In this document: positions 51,204 to 64,000 of the stretch, piece after piece | How positions within the stretch are numbered: position 1 is the stretch's first letter | How the letters are laid out: every line of letters starts with the position of its first letter | Assembly: GCA_030141605.1 (NCBI GenBank) | Contig: JAQGDQ010000250.1 | Location: 124,001-188,000 of the forward strand | From: Tubiluchus corallicola | Lineage: Eukaryota; Animalia; Priapulida | Length of the DNA stretch: 64,000 nucleotides | Direction of reading: 5' to 3' | Notes under the pieces: generated by a model | What the model was told of the DNA's origin: nothing | What the model saw: the letters and a program-made list of their open reading frames with translations, nothing else | Databases searched by the model: none | Translations under genes and position numbers: made by a program

Positions 51204-53797
51204 AATGTATAGACATAGAATAGGTGTACTTAACTATGTAGCACATTGCAATTATTGTATCTTTGTTTGTTCTCGATGCGACACTTTGGTAATGTCCTTT
51301 TGGACTATGGTAATTTGTCTGGTTACCTAATGTTATAGTGTATTTGTTTCCAATTATGCAGAATTATCATCAATAAACTAACTAACATAACGTTTCTGGG
51401 ATTTATCCATATACATGCATCCATATGTGAAAAAAGCTTTTGTCAATATATGTAGCAACATAAACCAAACTCCTTTAATGGCACAAACACTTTATTATTG
51501 ACTCTCTTATCTGTACACTACGTTGTGACTACTAGATTAAAACTGTAAAAGCTCAAATCAGTTGAAACTGGTTAATCTTGGGTAATGCATATCAATAACC
51601 AGTCAGGTGAGAAAATGATTCACTGTAGTCTAACTTGCTGTAAAGTTGTAATGTTGCTAAAGTTTATAAAGCTCATAAACAAACTCCTGAATCAGTTCAC
51701 GGCACCATACATTTATATCCATCATAAAATGAATCCATAAATGGTGTCAATTTTTGCAAGGATCCACTCACAGTTGACATAGTGATTGTTTTTTCATTTC
51801 TTAAAAACGTGAAGAAAAATGTGTTGCATTTTTCTCAAAAAATGGCACATGCGTGACTTTGATCAAATATCACCTTGTTTTACACTTGCGTTTGCACTGC
51901 TTATAAATATAATTGATAAAATTAAACTGAACTAATAACCATAGCTATTGACGTCGCTTGTAACTGGTGACGCTGCATGTAAGTAGACTACTCGTTAAAA
52001 AAGGGGGGATCTAGCTAAAAACCATCACTGAGTGACTATTAAGAAACTAGCTCTTGCGAGGCATCACTTGCCACGCTATCCTCAATTGTTTACCTTGTAA
52101 AACATCTGAACCAAACCTGACAATGATACCCCCCCCTCTTTTGTTGGTTGACATAACATTAACGGTATCTTAACTTACAGGGTTGATATTCAGCTAGGCT
52201 CTGGTCGTGCCACAAACATTGGTTTGAGTATGCAATGCTGTTGCAATGCTGAAATTGCACAGTGCCACACATGCGTGGGTACGTGCATTTGTCTACGTGT
52301 AAAAAACAAATATATGTGTAAAAATATATAAGAACGCGTTTCATATACGGACTTACAACAATATATTGAATTTATTATGCATGAGTTTGCTAAACGCAAA
52401 CAAAAAAGTTTACAGTGCACAGCATCACTCGCCGTTAAATTTATACATTTATGACAAAATGAGATACTAAGTATACACACTTTTATAATAAACAACAGGC
52501 CAATGTATAGACATAGAATAGGTGTACTTAACTATGTAGCACATTGCAATTATTGTATCTTTGTTTGTTCTCGATGCGACACTTTGGTAATGTCCTTTTG
52601 GACTATGGTAATTTGTCTGGTTACCTAATGTTATAGTGTATTAGTTTCGAATTATGTAGAACTATCATCAATAAACTAACTAACATAACGTTTCTGGGAT
52701 TTATCCATATACATGCATCCACATGTGAAAAAAGCTTTTGTCAATATATGCAGCAACATAAACCAAACTCCTTTAATGACACAAACACTTTATTATTGAC
52801 TCTCTTATCTGTACACTACGTTGTGACTACTAGATTAAAACTGTAAAAGCTCAAATCAGTTGAAACTGGTTAATCTTGGGTAATGCATATCAATAACCAG
52901 TCAGGTGAGAAAATGATTCACTGTAGTCTAACTTGCTGTAAAGTTGTAATGTTGCTAAAGTTTATAAAGCTCATAAACAAACTCCTGAATCAGTTCACGG
53001 CACCATACATTTATATCCATCATAAAATTATTCCATAAATGGTGTCAATTTTTGTAAGGATCCACTCACAGTTGACATAGTGATTGTTTTTTCATTTCTT
53101 AAAAACGTGAAGAAAAATGTGTTGCATTTTTCTCAAAAAATGGCACATGCGTGACTTTGATCAAATATCACCTTGTTTTACACTTGCGTTTGCACTGCTT
53201 ATAAATATAATTGATAAAATTAAACTGAACTAATAACCATAGCTGTTGACGTCGCTTGTAACTGGTGACGCCGCTTGTAAGTAGGCTACTCGTTAAAAAG
53301 GGGGATCTAGCTAAGAACCATCACTGAGTGATTATTAATAAACTAGCTCTTGCGAGGCATCACTTGCCACGCTATCCTCAATTGTTTACCTTGTAAAACA
53401 TCTGAACCAAACCTGACAATGATACCCCCCCCTCTTTTGTTGGTTGACATAACATTAACGGTATCTTAACTTACAGGGTTGATATTCAGCTAGGCTCTGG
53501 TCGTGCCACAAACATTGGTTTGAGTATGCAATGCTGTTGCAATGCTGAAATTGCACAGTGCCACACATGCGTGGGTACGTGCATTTGTCTACGTGTAAAA
53601 AACAAATATATGTGTAAAAATATATAAGAACGCGTTTCATATACGGTCTTACAACAATATATTGAATTTATTATGCATGAGTTTGCTAAACGCAAACAAA
53701 AAAGTTTACAGTGCACAGCATCACTCGCCGTTAAATTTATACATTTATGACAAAATGAGATACTAAGTATACACACTTTTATAATAAACAACAGGCC
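51204..53797. repeat. Recent tandem duplication, 2 x about 1.3 kb
   Basis: 51204-52501 and 52502-53797 are near identical with scattered substitutions and small indels; the ORF track shows duplicated ORFs. Confidence 0.97.
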
Positions 53798-54463
53798 AAC
53801 ATCAATCTTGCTTAACTATTTTACAATAAAAGGCCTTTAATTCGTTAAGTTTACAAATTTATACAATTATTTATATAATGATTATATACATATAGTTATC
53901 AACGCTGACTCATATTTTAGTAAGAGTTAGAATTAGTTAATCATACATTTATTTTGAAGTATAAAAGAGTTAGTAGTTTGCTAGTGGATAAAACTTATAA
54001 TAATTAATTTTTGTCAAAGCTAGAATTGTGTGTGAACTCCATGAACCAACAGGTCATGAGCAACCATGAAGGACGAAACTACACTGAATCATTTAAATAC
54101 ATTGTAAGCCTTAGTTTAAAGCCTTTAAATCATAAGTACTAAGCCTCTCAAAGTGAAATTTCCTTTTAATTTTAGATAAACTGTTTCAAGTTTGTAATTG
54201 CAAAAGTGATAAAAGTATTAGTCTAGATTTATTAAGTTGTTTGGAAACCAAAATTAAATGGCTGTCACGTCAATGAACATTTCAGCCACTAAATGGCTGT
54301 CAGCAATAAGTGGTTGTTACAACTGACATTTACTTTCATTGAAATCTGACAGTCTACACAGCACATAGCCTAAAAATTTTTAATTTATGAAATATTATTG
54401 TTGTTAACTAAGTCTACAACTCTTCTGTTATTAAATTATCATTTTACAAAGTATTTAAATTAA

Positions 54464-55290
54464 TTAATCATCTTTTGAATCATGAGTTGAGGCTTCGTCC
54501 CAGCCGTCTGAATGCTGCTCTGTATCGGAGCTCCTATCAAGGTCTTTTGGTGAAACAGGAACCGGACATTGAGAACATCCCGGGGGACACGTCTGATAGG
54601 GATGCAAGAGGAAGTGTGAATTGGAAGTCATTGCGGTGTATGTCAGGTGAGGTGCTCCCATCAGTTCTGGGCGTGGTATCTGAGGAAAAATAGGCGGTGT
54701 CCGGCCCATGAAACCATCGGCTGAAAACAATGATGGCCGTGGCGGAATCGTATACGATAATGGCTGTGACGTAGCTGATGACGTCAGCGGTGTAAAGGCT
54801 GACTTTATTCCACCAAAAGGCAGTTTACCCATACTGTCCGCCATTACGAATGGCGTGAAGGCCGCCATGTAAGGATGAAACCTGTTTTCACTGCGAGAAT
54901 TCTGCGTCTGTGTTTGAGGTGCAATTAGGCCTTGGTGGTTTGAAGCCACCATACTATCTCCTGCTGACAGGAAGTGCTCGATTGCTTTCACTAACTCGCC
55001 GTTGCAACCCTGCAGGACGAGTTCCAGTACAGTTTTTTTCTGGAAAGGGAAAATTCTCTGGAGAATCTCCAGCGGGGAAAGCCGTCCCGGTCTAAAAGCT
55101 GTAGGTAGGGCGTTGACGTTGACTGTGTTGCTTGCAGAGGTGATCGAAATTTTGTGAGATTCGCGGGCCTTTGGAAGTTCTTTGATGATGTCACTTGTAG
55201 GTCTGTTCACAGATACAGCTGGTTTCTGCATGTTTGCTGATTGTTCTGTTGGATTGCTGCGTTTCATTTCGTTTTCACGACTTTCAGTTC
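54464..55290 (-). CDS. Dmrt93B: Dmrt93B-like exon 2 (DMA domain)
   Basis: ttttcAG acceptor joins exon 1 in frame (G|GA TESRENEMKR...); DMA domain SPLEILQRIFPFQKKTVLELVLQGCNGELVKAIEHFL; total about 415 aa. Confidence 0.9.
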
Positions 55291-55429
55291 CTGAAAAAAT
55301 ACGCTGATGTTAACAATTGTTTATCAAAATAACTAACTTCAAAAAATTATGGAGGGTAGCTTACCCTGATGCTAAAGAAAGATGAAACAGATAAAAAACG
55401 ATAAAAAAACAAAGAAAGAATTAAATTAT

Positions 55430-55719
<290 letters not shown>

Positions 55720-57690
55720 GAGAAGGAAAAAAATAAAAAGAGAAAAAAAGAGAGAGAAACGGAAAAGAAAGCAATGGGAAAAAGGACTGAAAGAAAAAAG
55801 GAAAAAAGAACCTTTTAAGTGTAATACGTGAATAAAATCACTTATAATAAATGGGTTAATATCAGCATAAAACAAGCAAATATCTGGAAACTAAACACGT
55901 TTCCATGAATAATAAACCAACCCACGTTAAAATAAATGTTATAAAAACTGAACTAGCAAGACTCATATTCAATTTATATGTTTGATATTTTGTTTATTGT
56001 ATCCCACGGGACACAGAAGACTGTGGTGTGACGACCAGCGGGAACTTTCCCAGGATAAATACGCAGGAAGCAAAATTAGGAAAGGCTACATGAATTTGAT
56101 ATAATGTATATAAAGTTCAAATAACAAATACTTCAACATCTTATAAACACAAGCTAAAAATAATTGCCGATGTTTATTCGCTTAACCCTGTGAATAAGGC
56201 TATTTGACTCTGTCTGGTAATTTCATGATAACATATTGCAAGTTGGGCGGGTTTGCATTACATCTGATTGATATTTTTGCATATTATTATAGACTATAAA
56301 TTAAAATAACAAAAATGACAAAAACGTTCCAGCTCAATGAAAAAACACTGAGAGCGAGAATACCAAAAATAAATTTTTGGATTACGATGACTGGATGTTG
56401 GGTAAACGTGTGCATAATTATGCAAAAAGGCCACGTATCATATTTCTCCCTGTTCACAGGTTTTATTGTCATGTAATTCCCATGATTTTTATCATTTTTC
56501 AAATGTATTAACAGTTTAAATTCAAGCAGAAATGCAGCTCGGCATTTGGTAATTAGCAGGATGACTGATTGATTGATTGATTGATCGTTTATTGGCTAAA
56601 AGAATTTCATAATGCAGGTCGAACGGCATCATGATAAAAATGCTTTTAGTCCTGCGAACACTGAACAAAATACAAAGCGCGGGTACATATATGTTTATGT
56701 ACATAGGCTGTATATCACAAATACAACTTAATGTTGGAACAAAATATCAAAAAATTCTTTTTAATGGCAAGTAACATTTATACTATTAATAAAACTACTT
56801 TAGCACAATATTATATTTCACTCAAAACCAAACTAATCGTGTACTTTGTAAATATAATCTTAAACACAGGCCACTATACTTAAGGTCGCACCCATAGGCA
56901 TACCTAGTTAGATTTAACTATACAATATAACAGACAACTTAACATCTGTCTTTTGGAAAATCTTTGCCAACATTAAAAATGTTGACAGAGTGTTGGTAGC
57001 GACGTCTACACCTCCGGATTACCATATTTAGACATGTTTTATTTTGTTCTTCAGGTGTTAGAAAACAAGAGTAACCCAGCGGAATTTTTTGTATTTACAT
57101 TATGAACGCGCAATGTCTACGTGCTCACGTATATGAAATCTCATCAGTACTGATAATGAACTGTCTAAGTTACTAAGCTTGTCATAAAATTAAATTGTTA
57201 TTTTCTTAAACTTAAAACTTGAACTTTTGGCCACCTAGCAGTTTACTAAATTCATCGACTCAGTCATCAGGTATCGTGATAAAAAATCATCATAATCATA
57301 ATTCTAGAGAGTATATTAACTTTTTTAGTTTTATTGTCAAATTTTTAATGTTTTTAAATGTAGGCAGTGATTCTAAAAACCACCAGTTGTTTTACTATAC
57401 ATAGTTGTAATCAAAACGGTTAAAAAAGTCAAGAGTTAATATACTTTTCTTATACTAACTATATTTTATACGCTAACTTTAAGTAAGACAGAAGACATTA
57501 GAAACGCCACTTTTTCCACACGATTTTCCTATTGCTTTCTTCGTTATTCAAAGCCTATACATGTACATATTTTACAAATTTTATTCGATTTTTTCCTTTT
57601 TTTGTATGTGCATAGTTGATAAATTATACTTAATAATACAATATTTGTCTCAAAGGTATATATATCCAAATATGTCTAATTTAATGCATT

Positions 57691-57813
<123 letters not shown>

Positions 57814-60800
57814 AGGCTTATTTTGTAAACCGAATACTTGATTTAAACGTATCCAAACTTTTTTCGGTTAGCCTATCGTATGCCTATATTTCATACAAAT
57901 AAAAACACGATTTATCCTAATTATTCCTTCAAATAAACGCATTATGCGTAAACTATCCTCGCGTAATAATCCCGTGTTCTGCAGAATTCTTGTTTCTTAT
58001 TTATATTTGAGCAAGAATTTGGGTCATTTTGGCTGCTCTTACGCTAATTTGCCTACTCGTTTATGAACTCTTTGGATTTCACTCAATTAGTGACAGGTTA
58101 AAGCAGTGATTATCGACGCCTGTGTGTGTATGATGGATAGGGACAGTAAACAAGTCTTTGTTGTTCTTTCCCACGCTGACAAGCTACTCCAGAAGCCTGG
58201 TATCTTTGCTTGGTTTCTCTCATTGATTCACGACAGATTCAAGATTTACTGTAACGATCTCTGTACGCTTTAGATAAAGCACAGAATCAGCACAGAATCA
58301 AAGGCCAGTAGCCAAAATATACTGTATATTTCATGCTAATTTCACGAAATCGAAAAAATTGCAACAATAAGGTTGCCTACTTCTGAATCGATATTAAATA
58401 TAATTTGTACATAATGTACAAAAATTATCATTCAGTTAATGTAAATAGTAATTATATTATTAGTTACGTTAAAATTATTATTATTATATAATTATATTAC
58501 TATATTGTTATTGTAATAAAGTACCAAGAAATTAATAGTTATAATTGTTTCATAGTGTAAGTTGAAAATTTAGAAAAAATATTACGTAAAAAAGACCATT
58601 ACTGCCCATATATTACGTTCCATTGTTTAAATTAAAATACAGTACAATAAAACGAAGGTAAAAAAGAGCAAAAATTAATAAAAATGTTGTTTATTTAATG
58701 TTATTATCACCTAATTATCAATTCATGCACTGTGGAGAAATGCAAGATTGGTATATTCTCAATAAAGTAGTTTGCTGTTTCATATTCTGCACATGTAGAC
58801 TATAATAATACTGTACATATTTAATATGTGTGGTCTACTTTAATATTTAAACTAAAAATACATGAAAATTATAGAATTGAATTTATTTTCGAGAAAGTAA
58901 GAGCTTGTGCAATTATCCACTCATATTCAATAAGCATCCATGGGCTTCTAATAATTTTATTAGGCTACCTATTGGAACGGTGCATTCCTTTAAGCTACAC
59001 CATCAAAAACTATGAGTAATCAATTATTAGATTATTAGAATATAGCGTCCGTAATTAAATGTATATGTTAGTGCAGCATAAATTTGCCAATGTATGACAT
59101 TTCATACTACGGCTCTGTATTTCTACATAGCTTGGTAAGACAATTATTGTGTAAACACGTGTGTTATGGATGCAATCGTGTTTACAAATTTAATTGTATT
59201 AACGTAATGTAGTCAATGTTCCTATGTTTTACTTGAACTAATTACAACAGTACTTGGTATTGTTCTATTATTGCCCAGTAGTAAAACCCTCCTCAAGTGT
59301 CATTGGAAGGCGTGTTATAAGTATTGTTAAATAAGTACAACAACAGATTTTGTTTGTGTGTTTTGGGCTACCTTACATCTGAATTCTTGTAAAACAGGGT
59401 CAAGATTATTTACAATACAACACATTGAAGAGGTGTCGCTATGTGTAGATTAAGTGGTGTTAAGTAGACCCATCATTCAGTGAATACAAGCTAAACTTTT
59501 AACTGTTTGAGATGAGTTAATACAGACCTGTCGTGTAATAGCAGGCATATTAACGGCATGTCTCTGTACTTTGTAGCTGTACGTAACTTAATGCAAAACA
59601 TCAATAAATTTTCAAATGGCTTTAATTTCTTAAGTTAATTCCAAAACAAAACCCAGTTTTAAATTAAAACGACTGTCTTGTAAATTATACATACTATACA
59701 TACAGTAGATATACAGCTAATATGCATACAATTATTAAATAAACTGTAATTTGCTGGAAATAATTGGAATAAATAACTAAACTGGAATGTAATAATTAAA
59801 TACAGTAATTTGCTTTAATAGCTCTATAGACATAACAGTTTACGAACTTATTAGTATTAAAATTAATTTCTTGAGTTTAACGTTACGTAGTGCAAGAGAG
59901 GACTGCAAGAATTAGATATGACTGATTATTCATGTATAAAAATTATGTTTACCTGTGATAGTAAATAATAATAGAAAATTTAAAACAACTCGAATCTTGA
60001 AAAAATTAAAAGAATGATAGAATGTGAAACATGATTATACTAACGAAATCTTATTAAATTAAATTAAACTGACTTAAACGTGTTTAATGGTTTTTATTAA
60101 ACATAATTATCATTTACTTCACGTTTCAGGTCTATTTATTTAACTGAAATGCGGCGTGCTTCTAATAATAAATGTATAGTCATAATGTATAATCTATAAA
60201 CCACTTAAAACTAGTTACTCGACGTTTTTTGGAACTCTAGATTATTGCAGTAAAATAGAAATACGAATTTATTCTTTCAAACTAAATTAGACGATAAATT
60301 AAATAACCAGGCACTCTAAGCAGTTTATGGAATCTGCTAGTGTTGTTGTCATTAGGTGAGCACTAAACAGAGTCAAGTGAATTCCAAGGTGTGGGTCTTT
60401 CGCCCAATTTCAAAGGTCTAATTGTAAAAGAAACGTTTGTAAAGAAACAATCTTTGTATAATATGTAATTATTCTTCAAACTAAAGGACATTCGTAAAAT
60501 CTGGCAGACATAATATTCTCTTATTGTCTTCTATAACATTAGTTTCTAGAAAAATAAAAACTGAAGTTTTATTCTTATAAAAACTGCATTTTAACTAGCG
60601 TATGAAGCCGTATATTGATTCGATAAAAATAGGTAAGAGATGTGATGCTTATTTGCAGAAAATCTGTTACACGCGCGTTATATATGTGCGTTGCAAGAAC
60701 AAAATTCGTTCTTTTATCTTTAGTACATATAACATAAACCGTTAAACATATGCCTATGGAGCATTTTAGGCTTGTTATTTAAACTGGCTTATGGGCTACT

Positions 60801-60907
60801 AATTTCGATGCTCTACTAAACTCTCCATTACATTTTGGATAAAATTTCTTATAGGTGTAAATGCACTTTCATTGCTAAAAAAAGGTTAGTCAAAAAGTTT
60901 AAGTTAC

Positions 60908-61328
60908 CTTGAATTTGTTCCGAATTCTTTTTCTCTTTCTCGTTCTTTAGCCCTGCTTCTTCCACGGGTCCCATTGTGCCCCAAATTGGACCAGAAGGTA
61001 GATAAGAATAAGGTCCATGCGGAGAACAAGATCTGAGGCCCATTGCTATGGCATCTTCTGCCGCTTGTTGCCTCTTCAATGCCACCTGAGCCGCCATAAC
61101 TCTTTGCCTTTCTGCAATCAGATTACACTTGGCACAGGTGCAGTCCTTAAATCTGCAATGTCTTTTGTGTCCTTTTAGCCAAGAGACCATGCCATGGTTC
61201 CTGCAGCGTGCACATTTCGGCTTCCTGGCACCCGATTCTGTCCTCGGCGGCGACGGCAGGATCCGGTGAAGGCTGTTCATGCTGGGTCTGATTACGTCAC
61301 ACATAGGTGCTGTCCAAATGTCTCCCAA
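60908..61328 (-). CDS. Dmrt93B: Dmrt93B-like doublesex/mab-3 transcription factor exon 1 (DM domain)
   Basis: [65 protein letters not shown]; the KRQQAxEDAIA tail is typical of the Dmrt93B group; GTAAC donor, phase 1; which Met is the start is uncertain. Confidence 0.9.
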
Positions 61329-61454
61329 TCCTCGTCTGATTCAGTTTGGTGCTTCAGTTGCGATTTATTAGAAAGTTTGTATCTCCTCTGCGCACCTCCT
61401 ACTCCTCTTTTCACGTGTAGTAATCTCGGGGGAGCGAAGTTCATCTATTGGGAG

Positions 61455-61510
61455 TAGAGTGGGCGGGGCTTTATCACAGCTCGCTCTCATTGGTCACACG
61501 TCAACTCACG
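61455..61510 (-). promoter_or_regulatory. Putative proximal promoter of the DMRT gene
   Basis: GC box GGGCGGGG at 61461, CATTGG (CCAAT) and CACGTCA CRE-like motif 130-180 bp upstream of the ATG. Confidence 0.5.
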
Positions 61511-62654
61511 ATGCGCCTGCTCCTAGACTCGAATGAAAATACACAACGTCGCCGCAAAACTTTTGACATTGCTGGCATTTGCTGCTAAAATCCCGGCTAT
61601 CTTTTAATAATGTCGTTTACTTTCGTCCCATTATGAGTTGCCGTTTAGTTTACTGTCACTTTGTCCGAACTACCGAGATCTTATCCACTAGCAATCATAA
61701 ACATTTTACAGTTCTGTGCGTTTATACTGTTGGCAAACAGTCTTGTCTATTATACCTGTCGCAATGATAGAAAATAAAGACACGCACCGAAATTGAATAG
61801 AATAGACTTTACTTTTAGGCGTTAGAACTCTCGCTTGGCTCCAGTGTTCTGTTTACTGTATCAGTGTTTGGGTAATGTTGTTGTTGTTGTTATTGTTGCT
61901 GCCAGTATTGGAATTTACTTGTAGCCAATTCCATTTATGTTGTCTTGTCTCGGTTTTCTCGATGAATATTTGTTGTATTATTTGATTATTTATTTATCTG
62001 ATCGCTCATTTAAATATTTATTCAATCATTTATTTATTTAGTTATTTAATTAATTATTTATTTACTTGCTTGCTTTCTTAATTATCTGCTCATTTAAAAG
62101 TAGTTAAAAGCATTTTTACAGTCTGCAGCATTAGAGGCAGGAAACTTTGACCTGTGTGCATTTATATTGTTGAGAAATTTTGAGTTTGATTTTTAAAAAT
62201 TAATCAGAAAATACTCACTGCATAAACTGTTTGTTACTATGAAAGCACTGTAACTTAAATGTATTACTAGTGACCTATTTAGAATATATACAAAAAGTAT
62301 GCTTGGGGTGGAAATGTTCCGAGGCCGTATCCCGGATGTACTTAAAAAAATAGGGGACAACTGTCGGGTGCAGCCGCTGCGAAATGTCACCACTAGAGCC
62401 AAATTTGGGAAAATCTAAGACACAACTACATTAACAACCTAGAATAAACAAAGTTTTAGATATAATTAATCACTACTTAGAAAAAATAGCTACTTATCTA
62501 TGTTTGAAACTTTTATTCTGTAATGATAAAATAATCTACCCTATGTAGTGACTGTCTCGTTCGATTTAAGAGCATAAATTTTTTTGGTCATAAAATTTTA
62601 ACCTATTGTCCTCTTGTGCTAAAAGGGATCTGTCTGTCACAATTTTGCTTATGG

Positions 62655-63100
62655 AAAATATTATTTTATAGTATTTCAAGGAAACAGGCTACTTATTGCA
62701 TTACTACATTAATGCACTCAATACCTGCGCTTATATCTGTGCTCATTCTTCTATATTACTTAATCTTCTATATTAAATATCAATTAATATATTTATTGCT
62801 GTTTGAGTGATCAACTGTTTCACAGGAAGCAAATTTTACAAGGCGCCGCATGCTAGAAACCACATACGTAAGCCCCGTTACACACGTGATCACGTGATCC
62901 AGCATTCGGCGCCTTGTAAAATTTGCTTCCCGTGAAACAGTTGATCACTCAAACAGCAATAAATATCTTAGCTGATATTTAATATAGAAGGCTGATTAAT
63001 ATAGAAGAATAAGTGCAGATATAAGCGCAGGTATTGAGTGCATTAATGTAGTAATGCAATAAGTAACCTGTTTCCTTGAAATACTATAAAATAATATTTT
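62655..63100. mobile_element. Foldback MITE with about 200-bp inverted arms
   Basis: 62655-62850 is close to the reverse complement of 62905-63100, e.g. TGAGTGATCAACTGTTTCAC / GTGAAACAGTTGATCACTCA. Confidence 0.85.
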
Positions 63101-64000
63101 TCTTAAAAGGAAATCTCGACATTTCTCCATGCCGCCAAAATCCCGGCATTTTTAATCATGGGGTTGGATGAGGCAATTCCCGGCTCGGAACTTTTTTTGC
63201 GGTGCATTTTTCGGGCAAAAGTGACTCAGCCCCCGCTCCCCTGGGAAAAATCGGTCCCTACGGAAAGTCAAGATGTCATGGAGAAGCCATACTCAGGTTT
63301 CAGGTGGCAAATCTCTCCCTGTTCTAGGCTGCTGGCTGTGCCGTGGTAAAATTGAAAGGTTTGTTCATACATTTCGCAATGTTACCGCAAATCAGTCAAA
63401 TTTCAATATGCCTATTGTATTGCGCTAATGTCCGCATCTAAACTAATGTAAAATGAAAAAAAAATTATCACACATCTGAGGTCATGCAAAAAAAAATCGA
63501 AATTTTCAATTTGTATTGCATTTTTGGCGGCTATAAATTTCATTAGAGAATGTGCAGACCTTCTTATTTCCACATTATGCAAATAACACATAACTCGTTT
63601 GTATTTGTATTAGACATACAAGATGAGGCGTGAGTCAGAATTTACTATCCGCGGCATCAGAGAACTAAAGTTACTGCCAGTAAGATACATAGCTTTGTGC
63701 TATATAAGTTGCCAAGTTCGATTTATTGACATTCGAATGATAGTCGTATGTGCGCATGGCATGCGTTGATAAGTGATAAATAAAGATCAATAAGCTTTCG
63801 TCGATACCGCTTGCTTGGCTATTAAGCAGAGCTCTTCCATCATTATAGCTCTTTAATGACCTATAACAAATAATTATTAAAAGTTCTTACCACCCCTCCC
63901 CCGCCCAAGCATATTCTGAGTTAGTTTGCATGCCTAAGTCTTAATGAGACCATTTAGGTATTATAGTTTAACATGACAGAATTGTTAGTACATCAAAGAT

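Overview
AT-rich, intron-containing animal genomic DNA, probably an invertebrate given the Dmrt93B-type gene. Three conserved genes can be reconstructed with GT-AG exons that join in frame. (1) PRKCSH, glucosidase II beta subunit, minus strand: 11 coding exons from ATG 24598 down to 3602; I found no exons for the 3' part, which probably lies beyond the left edge. (2) ILVBL/HACL2, a TPP-dependent 2-hydroxyacyl-CoA lyase, plus strand: 4 exons, 24756-28263, about 635 aa, head-to-head with PRKCSH with only 157 bp between the ATGs. (3) A Dmrt93B-like DM+DMA transcription factor, minus strand: 2 exons, 61328-54464, about 415 aa. The rest is MITEs, LINE remnants, microsatellites and a recent 1.3-kb tandem duplication. 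The most unusual region is a GC-rich cassette at about 37.4-38.7 kb. In order it has an RFX X-box/CRE promoter-like module, an orphan 83-aa ORF with an MGC lipid-anchor N-terminus and an RVxP motif, seven near-identical 74-bp hairpin plus G-rich repeats, and a complete HDV-like self-cleaving ribozyme fold followed by an RTE-like 5' UTR fragment. All calls were made by eye; no searches were run.
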